From: the human T2T-CHM13v2.0 reference genome, Homo sapiens
DNA: 64,000 nt
Direction: 5' to 3' (one strand)
NCBI RefSeq assembly: GCF_009914755.1
Contig: NC_060929.1
The notes under the pieces are model-generated. The model saw only the letters and a list, made by a program, of their open reading frames with translations, did no database searches and was not told the DNA's origin. The translations under genes and the position numbers were made by a program. Of the stretch, positions 14,768-26,856 are shown piece by piece. Numbering within the stretch: position 1 is the first letter of the stretch; each line of letters opens with the position of its first letter.

Positions 14768-15833
14768 GATCAGGCTCTTGGTGGTGGTGAATATAGAGAA
14801 GCTGCTCGGGGGGCTCTGGGGCAGTGGGGGAAGGGATGTTCTTCCTCCTTCACATGGGCCTATGCTTCAGAGCCATGGGGAGAGTTTCTGTTCTTTCCTG
14901 TGGTGCCCACATCAGCCTGGAGGGATGGGCAGGGCAGGGGCTGCCACCCAGAGTTGACAGCTCTGGGAAGTGAAATGAGGGATTTGAAGTGACCTGCCCA
15001 GAGTCACAGCACTCGGGAGTGATGGATCTGGGACAAGAATGTAGTTGGTTTTCTGGGGACAGAGGTCCCTGAACGCCTGAGACCTCCAAATCATGGACTG
15101 GACCCTGAACCAGGGGCTCTTTTCACTCCCTTTCTCGATCCTCCTGCCCCAGGTCTCTTCAGGAAGGTGGATGCCTGGAGGTGGCTAAGTCCAGAGAAGA
15201 GCTTCAATCATTCAAACAGAAACCTCCGGCCCCTGACCTTGCTTTGTGGTGAGCACATGACCAGTGACCATCCCAAGGGACCAGGGGGGTCTGTTTGGCC
15301 GCCAGGCTGGCTCAGAACTCAGGACGTTCCAAGCCAACTGCCACTTAACGGCTGTGCCAGGAAAAAACCTTCCTTCAACTGACCAACCCTGCAGGAGCAG
15401 TTAACGGAAGTTAACTGAAAATGTGGCCATCGGGGCTGGTGCATCAGTGGTTTGATGAATTCTATCCACGACCCATCCATCTTGCTGACGGCCGACCTGA
15501 GCAGCTACCTGAGAGCTGGCAGCGCTCGCTCAATGAAGGCCGCCGAATGACCTGGAAGCCACCCTGATGGGCAGGGCCCTCGAGGTTAATGAGACACAGG
15601 TAAAGTGTGCCCCAGGCCATGAGCAGGGGCCCTGAGGAGGAGGACTGTGAGCAGGAAGCGAGCTCCCTCACCTGCTCGCAGGAGACAACCCAGATAGATC
15701 AAAAACCAAGAGCACAAAACCATGTGACAGCTGAGACAAATGTTGGCTTTTTAGACCTTTAAGGCAAGCATTTTGGTATTACAGGGACAGAATTAGAACC
15801 TGGGGGAAGCTGATGGAGCTGATGAAAATTTGA

Positions 15834-15942
15834 AGGAGGTGGAGGTTGTGCTGAGCCGAGATTGTGCCATTGCACTCCAGCCTGGGCAACAGAAGGAGAA
15901 GAGGGAGACCCCGTCTCAAACAAAAAAAAAAAAGAAAGAAAT
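15834..15942 (+). mobile_element. Truncated Alu right-arm fragment within probable ERV1-internal sequence (~15690-16300)
   Basis: ggaggtggaggttg...ccattgcactccagcctgggcaacag plus A tail; the ERV-internal call for the flanks is weak. Confidence 0.7.
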
Positions 15943-16577
15943 AGATTTCAGAATGAAAAATTGTTACCTCTTGTATTCTCATTGAGAACAAATTGATATC
16001 TTACGAACAGCTTACTTTTTAACCTTTGGTTTGATATTAGCGTATGTTTAATATTGTAGCTAGTTTTAATAAGACCCTATAAACAAATCTATCTCGGTTT
16101 TGATTGTGATTAGAAATTATGAGGTTATAAAACATTTATGTTTCATAAGCCTTTTATAACCTCATAACTTTTTCTATTTTATAACTGTTTACATTCATTC
16201 AGTTGTATTTATCTTTCAAATTTTTCTTTAAAACAATCCCCAAAACCTTTAAACTAGGCAAAATTCTGTTTCAAATCATGAAATAACTCATTATTTTTTT
16301 TAGCAATCTCTGCATTTAGTCTGCTCTAATATTTGGTTTCAGGTTTGGATGTCTCTATTCAGAAGACTTTGGCCTGTAATCCCCCTCTCATGGGCTGTCT
16401 CACACCGCACTTGGTATCAAGATTCTCCCGATCTGGTGAAGGCAGTGTTGCTGTGTTCCTTCTGGATCTATTCTATGGAAAAGAGTGCATAAAATTGGCA
16501 TGGGAAATGGGACATTTTTCTAAATAGAGGAAAATATTTAAGGCAAAAATCCTGATAGAAAAATCAAGAATACAAAT

Positions 16578-17547
16578 TCAGAGCTTGGGAAATTCATCTC
16601 TCCACCATCTCCAATCTGAGGACGGGGGATGTTACACTAACCTTCAGGTACAGCTGTGATGAAGGATGAAGTGTTGACTGATGCGGGGATGGAATTTTGT
16701 TTCTAGAACATTGATCCTTGGGTTGTGCTTTGCACAGAGGAGCATGCTTTCTAGAGAAATGCACACACACTCCCAAAGGCATTCACCATCACTCCACACG
16801 GACTCTCTCCTCCATATCTCCCCACCCTGATGCACCCCTATTCCTATTTAAATGACATCACTGCTTCTGGGAACTGCAGTGGATGGCCACAGTTGTTGAC
16901 TAAACTCTTCATTTCTTTACACCAAACTGCCCAAACCTCATTTCCAGCAGGAGGCTCAAACCAGGGTAGTTCTCCAGCAAAAGTAGGGAGGAAAGTGTCA
17001 CCTTTCTCAAAGCTAAGATTTTTCCTTATTAAATGGGAGATCCCAGAGTACGCACGTTAGAGCTGAATCGCTGAGTGTGTCTGCAGAGAGAAAGGAAAAC
17101 ACCGTGAGCCTCAGACCATGCTGTGTCCTGTGTTCATGGGTCTTTTCTTCACTTGGTGACATTAGAAAACTGGTTGGGAGATAGTGCTCGAGGCAATGGC
17201 CCCCAAATAAAGCCTAGAAGACACTTGAGGAAATGTACAAGAGTGTTGTATGAGATTTTCAAAAATGATTTTTGGTTGCAAAGTCACCGCTGTTTTCAAG
17301 AATGCATTTCTCCTGAGGACAATGCTCTCTGCCATGCAGTTTATCACTAACACTGTCATCTATGAGTGCCATCTGGAACAAGTTCCAAGTTGGCAATGAA
17401 TGGGCTCTCACATACCTCTGCCCACCAAGAAATTCTGTGGCTCATCTGTAAAGTCCGTGGTAAGAATTACATATCTTAATTCAGAGAAAATAGAAAGAAA
17501 CCAAAAGAAATAAAATTCCCATCTCAGACAAAGAAAGAAGACTTTAC
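16578..17547 (-). repeat. Diverged inverted paralog of 13591-14548 (FAM153-like intron / micro-exon / intron)
   Basis: Reverse complement is collinear with 13591-14548 (e.g. gtaaag..tcttctttc..tctga(a/g)atgg(a/g)aattttatttc, acagaatttcttggtg, gggagtgtgtgtgcattt, aaggatcaatgttc, gaattt(a/c)ccaagctc); micro-exon 17056-17080 with CAG acceptor and GTGCGT donor. Confidence 0.85.
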
Positions 17548-18017
17548 CGAGTGTGCTGCCTGGATCAGGTCCCAAGAATCCAGCGAGGGAAACCGCCAAT
17601 TCTGGCGGTAGAAGAAGCCTAGGAAACATAGAGTCACTGTCAGCCGTGGGAGCTGCTGAAGGACCTCTGGCAGCCTTGGGTGCTGAGGACACAGGACTGG
17701 CGTGTGTGGAGGAGGTGGGTGAGAGCACGGGCGGAGCTGCTGCTGGGCCACCCTCCTTGGTGGTGAAGGGCAGGCAATGGACGCCATCAGGAGAGCCCTG
17801 GGAGACACAGCCTCGGGTCCCTGGCTAAGCCGCCCTCATCACTGTGAAGTAGGCAGTGTTTACACAGGCAGCACAGAAATGCACGACATCACTCCAGGAC
17901 AGGGTCTCCTCACAGAAAGAGGCCTGGAAAATGTCCTCTATTTTAAAACAAGTTACCATGTTTAACATTCCTGAATCTATATATGCTCCTTCTGCACTTA
18001 TCATCTCTATTATTGGA

Positions 18018-18135
18018 TTTTTTTTTTTTTTTGAGACAGAGTCTCACTCTGTTGCCCAGGCTGGAGTGCAGTGGTGTGATCTCGGCTCACTGCCACCTCT
18101 GCCTCCTGGGATCGAGCGATTCTCCTGCTTCAGTC
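18018..18135 (-). mobile_element. Partial Alu
   Basis: Poly-T then gagacagagtctcactctgttgcccaggctggagtgcagtgg, truncated. Confidence 0.88.
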
Positions 18136-18259
18136 ACCTGATATTATTGGATTTTAAAGCATTATTGTGAGAAATACACAATATGTATTATTTTAATTAT
18201 TAAGTGCACACTTCGGAGCATTAGTTCTATTCACAATGCTGTACAGAAAACTAAAAACA

Positions 18260-18561
<302 letters not shown>

Positions 18562-18574
18562 CTAAAAACAATAT

Positions 18575-19700
18575 TAATTCAGTTTTCTTACCTTCCACCT
18601 TAGGAAGCTACAGAAATAACTATAGTGTAATGTAAACCAGATATAAAAATAGAACAAAAAATTATTTACAGAAATCATTATAATAGAAATGATAAACAAA
18701 ACCAAGGGCTGCTTCATAGGAAAGATAAATAGAATTGATAAACCTCCAGCCAGGCTAACCATCAAGAAAAGCTAGGAGACACAATTTACAAATAATATAA
18801 ATAAAAGGAAGAATCATTCCTGTTGATCCCATTAATATCAAGCAGATAATAAAAGAATACTTAGCATAAATCTATGCTCACAAATTTGACAGCTTAGATA
18901 AAACTAACAAATTCCTTCAAAGGCAGAAACTATATCATAAGTACCCAAAGGAGACTCAGATAATCTGAGTAGGCTTATATCTATTACAGAAATTGAATCA
19001 ATAAGAACTTTTTTAAAAATGCATTTTTAAAAATGATTTTACTGAATTCTACCTAATTCTTACAAGGGAAAACATAGTCTTATTATATACACAGCTGATT
19101 AAAATTCTAAACATTTACCCAGTTACATTTTAAAATTATGCCCATTGCAAAATCTGCACGAGAATGAGGGCAGCTGTATTCACAATCACCTGAACGGGAA
19201 GCAGCTGAGATGCTCTTCAGGCAGTGAGTGCAGCCACCCACATTGTTACAGGAACCCAGTGGAACATGATTCACTGATAAAACTTAGTAAGCCGTTAAGC
19301 TAAAAAAGATAGGAAAAATCTTGCATGCATATTGCTAAGTGAAATCAGTTAGTCCTAAGTGACTGCATACTTTATGATTCCAATTCTATAGAATCTGGGG
19401 AAAGAAAATCGACAGAGGCAGTAAAATAAATGATATTTTATTTTACTCATGTTTTGAGTGTGAAACTTTTCTGTCTGGGTGATGAATGACATTATGAGTT
19501 TGTCAAAATCCGTAGGCTGAACAACACCGGGTGAGCCTTACTGCAAACTCTAGACGTTCATTAAGAAGAAGATGATATCACTATTGCTTCAGCCACTATA
19601 ACAAATGCACCACATTCATGTAAGATGTGATCACAAAAAAGATACTGAGGGGGGAGGGTATATGGGAACTTTCTGTACTATTTCAATTTTTATGTTAATT
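18575..19700 (+). mobile_element. Old L1 fragments (ORF2 and 3' region)
   Basis: A-rich L1-like motifs (ataaacctccagccaggcta, acaaattccttcaaaggcagaaacta, atactttatgattccaattctatag). Confidence 0.7.
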
Positions 19701-20195
19701 TACAAGTTTCACATGATCTCCATTTGTTTGAAAACGCAGCAACATGATCTCAGGAAGAGTTCCATTTTAGCCAATGTCTAACAATCAGCGAAATATCTAA
19801 ACCTTGCATTGAGATGTTCTTTACTATTAAAAGTGAACCAAACTTGAAGCGGAAATACAGTCACTAGTGACTGACTAGTGCTACACTAGTCAATTTGCAC
19901 ACATGAAATAAAGAAGATACAGTGTAGCAACGTCAGAGTGGTCTGAAGTGTGGGACACTGAAGAGTGTGGAATCCTTATGCTTGCGAGGGTGAGTAACTG
20001 AATTTCCACAGTACCTCTACGTCGCTGCTCTTCAGGGGGCAAATTAGGATCAGGGCGCATATGCGCTCTAAATCTGTGCGTAGATTCCTGCTGATCCAAG
20101 GAGTTATCTGGGAAATGTAAGAAAATAAAGACAGCTGTTGACATCTTGCTGCAAAAGACCATAAAGAAATGAGGAATCGTTTATTCACAGTTCAA

Positions 20196-21288
20196 CCCAT
20201 TTCCTGTGTTCCCCGAGAACACTGTGCTGCCAGCGAGCTGTACTTTGAAGTGGTGGCCTGCCTCTTCACATCTGTGGGTATTTCTAGTCGGGTGGGATGA
20301 GAGACTGAGAAAAGAAGTAAGACACAAAGACAAAGTATAGAGAAATAACAGTGGGCCTAGGGGACTGGCACTTAACATACTAAGGACTTGCACTGGCACT
20401 GGTTTCTGAGTTCTTTCAGTTTTTATTGATTATTTTTATTATTTCAGCAAAAAGGAATGTAGTAGGAGGGCAGTGTGATAATAAGAAGAAGGTCAGCAAA
20501 AAACATGTGAGCAAAAGAATCTGTGTCATAATTGAGTTTAAGGGAAGGTAATGTGCCTGGATGTGGACGTAGGCCAGATTTATGTCTCTTTCTACTTAAA
20601 CATCTTAGCGGAGTAAAGAATAACAAAGCAGCATTGCTGTAAACATGTCTTGCTTCTTACTATCGGGCGGTTTTTCTTTGATCTTAGAATTGAACAAATG
20701 TACAGTCGGGTTTTATACTGAGACATTCAGTTCTTAGGAGCAGGCAGGAGACAGTGGCCTTCTTCTATCTTAACTGCAAGAGGCTTTCTTTTTTTACTAA
20801 TCTACTTTAGCACAGACTTTTTACGGGTGTCGGGCTGGGGGACGGTCAGGTCTTTCTTATGAGGCTATATTTCAGACTATCACATGGGGAGAAACTTTGG
20901 ACAATACTTCACTTTCAAGGGCAGAGGTCCTTGCGGCTTTCTACAGTGCGTTGTGCCTTTGGTTTATTGAGACTAGAGAATGGCGATGACTTTTACTAAG
21001 TATACTGCTTGTAAACATTTTGTTAACAAGGCACGTCCTGCACAGCCTTAGATCCTTTAAACTTTGATTGTATACAACACATGTTTTTGTAAGCTCTAGG
21101 TTGGGTCAAAGTAGTTGGGTCAAAGTGGCTGGGGCAAAGCTACAGATTAACGTCTCAGCAAAGCAATTGTTCAAAGTACAGGTCTTTTTCAAAATGGAGT
21201 CTCTTATGTCTTCCTTTTCTACATAGACACAGTAACAGTCTGATCTCTCTTTTCCCTACACAGTTTTCCTTTCTAAATGGGAAATGGA
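20196..21288. mobile_element. piggyBac MITE (MER75A-like, ~80 bp) split by the LTR5 insertion: 20196-20245 and 21261-21288
   Basis: Left TIR cccatttcc, right TIR gggaaatgga; flanked by tcaa and ttaa (TTAA target); internal ccccgagaacactgtgctgccagcgagctg. Confidence 0.7.
20246..21260 (-). mobile_element. HERV-K(HML-2) solo LTR, LTR5A-like, heavily G>A hypermutated
   Basis: Minus strand starts TGTAGGGAAAAGAGAGATCAGACTGTTACTGTGTCTATGTAG and ends ...CACTTCA; ~1015 bp; degenerate TSD tactt / cagtt. Confidence 0.9.
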
Positions 21289-21294
21289 TTAAAT

Positions 21295-21803
21295 CAGGGG
21301 TCCCCAACCCCTGGGCCATCGATAGTGTGTGGCCTGTTTGGAACTGGGCTGCACAGCAGGTGGTGAGCAGCCAGCTGGGAGCAAAGCTTCATCTGTATTT
21401 ACAGCCGCTCCCCGTCACTCCCATCACCGCCTGAGTTCCACCTCCTGTCAGATTAGCCAGGGCATTAGCTTCTCATAGAAGCGCAAACCCTACTGTGAGC
21501 TGCACAGGCCAGGGATCCAGGCTGCATGTGCTTTATGAGAATAAATGCCTGATGATGGGTCACTGTCTCCCATCACCCCCAGATGGGACTGTCTCGTTGC
21601 AGGAAAACAAGCTCAGGGCTCCCACTGATTCTACCTTATGGTGAGTTGTAGAATTACTTCATTAATTATTACAATATAATAATAAAGTGCACAATAAATG
21701 TACAAGAATCATCCTGAAAGCATCCTTCCTCCCCACCCTCATCCTCTGAAAAATTATGTTCCATGAAATTGGCCCCTGGTGTCAAAAAGGCTGGGGACCA
21801 CTG
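21295..21803. mobile_element. hAT-Charlie DNA transposon, MER1A-like
   Basis: TIRs caggggtccccaacc ... ggctggggaccactg; 8-bp flanks gattaaat / ggttcaat. Confidence 0.85.
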
Positions 21804-23525
21804 GGTTCAATGTTTGATCCATTGTCCACTGTCACCATCTGCAGCGATAAGCCTCCTGAAACTGAGCTGGGCGTTAGGAAGAACTTGCACTGTGGATTGC
21901 ACTTAACAACGGTGCAGACCGACTGTGTAGGCAAATCCCTGTACTGAGATAAGACAAGGTAGAAGGGCGGCAGATGGGAGTGACCAAGAGCACGGGGAAC
22001 TGGTGCACAAAGGTTTGGGCTCAAGTCCTTATTTGGAAGCTACATGAACTGAGAAGTTCTATAGACCCTTCTGTGCCTCAGTTCCCTCTTCTGAGTGTGG
22101 AAATGTTCATAATGGCCTATGTTACATTCTAAGGCTAAAAGTAATTAAACAGAGGTAAATTCTGAAGAAAACAGGTGCTTCAGGAATCCCCTTCACCCAT
22201 TCCAACCTCCAGCTTCATTATCAAACCCTATCCATCTTCCTCATGATTGTCAGACCAGACTTTCATGGTCCCTCATTGTCACAGCTGCAGCTCTCCCTGA
22301 GAGCTGCCTTCACCCTCACCCCAGCCAGTCCCTCTCTGGAATCCTCCTCCCATACACACATACCACCTTTCTAGCATAAGCCGGATTCTGCCACTGTCTA
22401 TTTGAAGTCCTGCGTATGACTTCCATCTCCTACTGCAAGAGTCATCAGCTCAGCCCAACTTCCCTAAGCCCTGATGATCCAGCCGTCATCTGTCTCTGCC
22501 ACCTCCTGTCCTCACTGTCACTGTGCTCTCCCTTCACCACCAATATTGTAACTGACGAGCCTATCCCCACATACAATGTCCTCCTTAAACTTTCTCTGCC
22601 TGGAACTTCTTCTGCTTTAACCAATATGAGAAATTGGACTACCTTCTTTATGGCTCATAACACATGCCATCTACCCGGCAAAACCTTTCCAAAAGGTCAG
22701 TTCTCATTTCTCATTGCACATCCCTCCATGGCAGCAGAGGCCATATTATGTCTACCTTTGTATTTATTTACAATCTGTTTGTAAATCATGACATGCTGAA
22801 TAAAATTACTGCCACATTTATATTGGTGCCATGAATCCTTAACATACCATAAACACTCAGCCCTTGCCATGTGAGAGAACAAATGGGTATATAAACTTAA
22901 TATTATTCTCCTTTGTATTAGCAACACATATACTTACCCTGGTCTGGATCCACCGAATGTTTTCTACCCCACTGCCACACACCTGCCCAAATCCTAAGCA
23001 GCATTTAGAAACTAGCTCAAGTGTCTCACTGCAGGCAGTTTTCCTTGTTCCCTCAAAAACAAAGTATGATACTGTCCCTGAATTCCTTACTCAGTTTTCT
23101 TTCCTGTAAGGTTTCAATTCCTATCTTACGTTAATAAAGATTTAGATCCACATGATCCGTCTTCATATGTAAGCTATTTCAGAGCAGTTTCCATATCTAC
23201 CATGTGTTGTATCCTTCAGAAGGTCCAGTATTCCCCAGAAAACTACAGCTCTAACAATCTCTTGAGAAAATCAACAAGTATTGCAAAATATCCTGATTAC
23301 AGATTTTGAGGACAGCAAAAATGTGAATGAATGCCTGTATTATGCAATTTTTGTAAGATTACAATCACCACTGTTGATGACAACAATTTTACATTCAGCT
23401 TGTATTTAGTACTTGCTTCATTTGTTTGTCAATCAATTTGGGCTGAAATCTGAAAATTATCCTTCCTGCCATTAATCCACTCTCCAAATAATTTCTATGA
23501 CACAAATTCCAGGGATCGTAATTTC

Positions 23526-24457
23526 TTAAACTGAATCCTTCCAGATCAATTTTCCAATTGCCCTCTTTACAACTTTGTTCCTCAGTGCATAGATTAGTGG
23601 GTTCTAGGTGGGGGCAGCAATGGTATAAACAAGAGGAAGCAGCTTTCCCTGAATCTGAGAGTAGTTACTCTTCAGCTGAAGACACATGAACATGATGGTT
23701 CCATAGAACAGCAAGACCACCATCAGGTGGGAGGCACAAGTCCCAAAGGCCTTCTGCTGACCTTCAGCAGACTGCAGCCTCAGCACAGCCCTGGCAATGC
23801 AGGCATAGGAGGTGAGGATGGTGCACACTGGAAGGGCAAGGATGATCACACGAGCAATTAACATCTTCAATTCAGTTGGGCCGGTGTCCACGCAGGACAG
23901 CTTGACAATGAGCAGGACCTCACAAAGAAATGGTCCACACGGCGGTGGCCACACAGAGGCAAAATGGTGGTTAGTGAAGAGTGAAAGAGAGAGTTGGCTA
24001 ACCCAGAAAACCAGGACAAGGCTGCGAGAAAGTGGCAGATCTGTTGGTGCATGATTGTAACATAGTGAAGGGGCCAGCGGACGGCAACATAACGGTCCAC
24101 AGCCATGATAGCAAGAAGCACACACTCTGTGGAGCCAAGAGCCAAGGCTACAGAATACTGAACCATGCAGCCTACATAGCTGACCTTCTTACTCTCTCCC
24201 CAGATGTTCACCAGCATCTGAAGGACAATGCAGGTGGTGAAACACATGTCCAGAAATGAGAGCTTTCGGAGGAAGAAGTACATTGGGGTGCGGAGCCGGT
24301 AGTCCAGCAGAGAGACCAAGATGATGGCTGTGTTCCCTGTGAATGTCATGGTGTAGAACCCGGAGACAAACAGAGAAAGGATGAACTCAGCCTGGGGATA
24401 TTCTGAGAAGCCAACTAAGATGAAGTCTTCCCCTGAGCTGTCATTTATTTTCATCAT
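23526..24457 (-). pseudogene. OR2AI1P: Olfactory receptor pseudogene, family 2 (probably OR2AI1P; symbol inferred from family and recalled neighbourhood)
   Basis: OR motifs LRTPMYFFL, MAVDRYVAVRWPLHY, DHFF/CEV, KAFGTCASHL, PT*NPLIYALRNK; 932 nt; 1-bp deletion at ~23924; in-frame TAG at 23604-23606; terminal TAA at 23526-23528. Confidence 0.9.
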
Positions 24458-24779
24458 CTGCTTATTTTGTAGCACTTGAAATAGAATCAAGTGTACTCTA
24501 TCTATTGTCAAAACAAATTTTAAAAAGGAGTTAGTCAATTTTTATGTAATATTCACTATGATTTCACAGGTTTGCAAACAAATCTACATAATAGGAATTC
24601 AAATTTCCTGGTGTAAAAAATTATTTAAATGGTTTAAATGTAAATCCAATGTTACAAAGAATGTAAAACTTAGAATAAAGTAGCTTTGTTTTATTATTAT
24701 TACTGCTTAACACTTTTAGACAAATGAGCTCAAAACACTAAGAATAGTAAAGATAAAATAAAATAAATTTTATAGACCA

Positions 24780-25070
24780 CCAGTACTATATTAAATAGAT
24801 GTAGAAAGAGTGGACATCCTTGTCTTGCTCCTGATCTTACAGAAGAAGCTTTCAACTTGTCACCACTAAGCATGTTAGCTGTTAGCTTTTCATTTATGGC
24901 TTTTATTGTGTTGTGCTACATTCCTTCTATACCTAATCTATTGAGATTTTGTATCATGAATGGACATTGAATTTGGTCAAATACTTTTTCTGCCGCTAAC
25001 ATGATGATCGTATGGTTTTGTCCTTCACTCCGTTCATGTGGTGTGTCACATTTATGGATTTGCATTTATT
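24780..25070 (-). mobile_element. Antisense L1 ORF2 fragment
   Basis: gacatccttgtcttgctcctgatctta...cattccttctatacctaat...gaatttggtcaaatactttttctgc. Confidence 0.8.
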
Positions 25071-25585
25071 TAAAAGATCAACAAAATTGACAAACCCTTA
25101 GCTAGATTAACTAAGAAAAAAAGACTCAAGTAAAATCAGAATGAAAGAGGGTCCATTACAGTCAGTATCACAGAAGTAAAAAAGGTTTATAAGACAACCC
25201 ATGAACAATTGTACTCCAATAAACAGATAATCTAGAAGAAATGAATAAACTCCTTGAAACATACAACTTACCAAGACTGGATCAGCAAAAAATAGAAAAC
25301 TAGGACAGACCAATAACTAGTAAGGAAACTGAATCAGCAATTAAAAACTTCCCAACAAAGAAAAACTCAGAACCATAAGGCTTCACTGGTGATACTCTAC
25401 CAAATATTAAAGATGAATTAAGATCAATTATGCTCCAATTCTTCAAAAAATAAATAAATAGGAAAAAACACTCACAAACTCATTCTATGAAGCTAGCATT
25501 GTCCTAATATCAAAGCCAGACAAAGTCACTAAAATAAAAGAAAACTGTAGAATAATCCTGATGATTATTGGTGCAAAAACCCTCA

Positions 25586-25777
<192 letters not shown>

Positions 25778-26856
25778 TTATCAATCTGAATTCACAGCAC
25801 ATTTAGAGGATTCTACATCATGATCAAGTTTTATTCCTGGAGTGTAAGGATGGTTTAATGCTGGAAAATATATGAAGATTAATCAATGTAATATTCCACA
25901 TTAATAAAAGACAAAACTACATGATCATCACAACTGATGCAGAAAAAAGCATTTGACAAAAGATAATACCCTTTTCCTGGTAAAAACAATCAGCTAGGAA
26001 TAAAAGGAAACCACCTCAACATTATAAAGCCATGTATGAAAAATGCACAACTTACACCATACTCAGTGGTGAAAGACTGAAAGTTTTTCTTCTAAAATCA
26101 GGAACAAGGTGAGGATGTTGGTTCCCACCACCTCTATTCAATATACTACTGGGAGTCCCAGCTGGATTAATTAGGGAAGGAAAAGAAATACAAGATATCC
26201 AAATTGGAAATGAAGAAGTAAAGCTATCTCTGTTCACAGATGATATGATCTTATAGGTAGAATGTCCCATAGAGTGTGCAAACACACAGTTAAAATGAAT
26301 GAATAAATTCAGCAAAGTTGATGAATAAAAGATCAGCAAACAAATCAACTGCATTTCTATAGACTAAAAACAAATAATCTAAAAGGGAAATTAAGAAAAA
26401 ACTTCATTTAAAATGGCATCAAAAAGAATAAAACACTTAGAAGTGAAATTAAACCATCAAGTGAAAGACTTGTACATCCAAACACTATAAAATGGTGAAA
26501 GAAATGAAAGAAGACATAAATAAAGAAAATACATCCCATGTTCGTGAATTGGAAGGCTTAATATCGTTACAATGTACACACTATTCAAAACAATATATTC
26601 AGTCCTCTTTAATCCCTATCAAAATTCCAATAATTTTTTTTCAAAAACAGAAGAATTCATTCTAAAATTGATGTAGAACTTCAAGAGACCCTGAATAGCC
26701 AAAACAGTCTTGAAAAGAAACAAAGTTTGAGGTCTCTCACTTCCTGATTTCAAAATATATTGCAAAGCTACAGTAATTGAAACAGCATGGTACTGGCATA
26801 AAGATATACATACAGACCAATAGATTTGGATAGAGAGTCCAGAAGTAAATCCTACT

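Noticed and set aside
23867-24538. 223-aa ORF as an intact GPCR gene
   Set aside because: It is the 5' part of the frameshifted OR pseudogene; the remainder lies in another frame and contains a stop.
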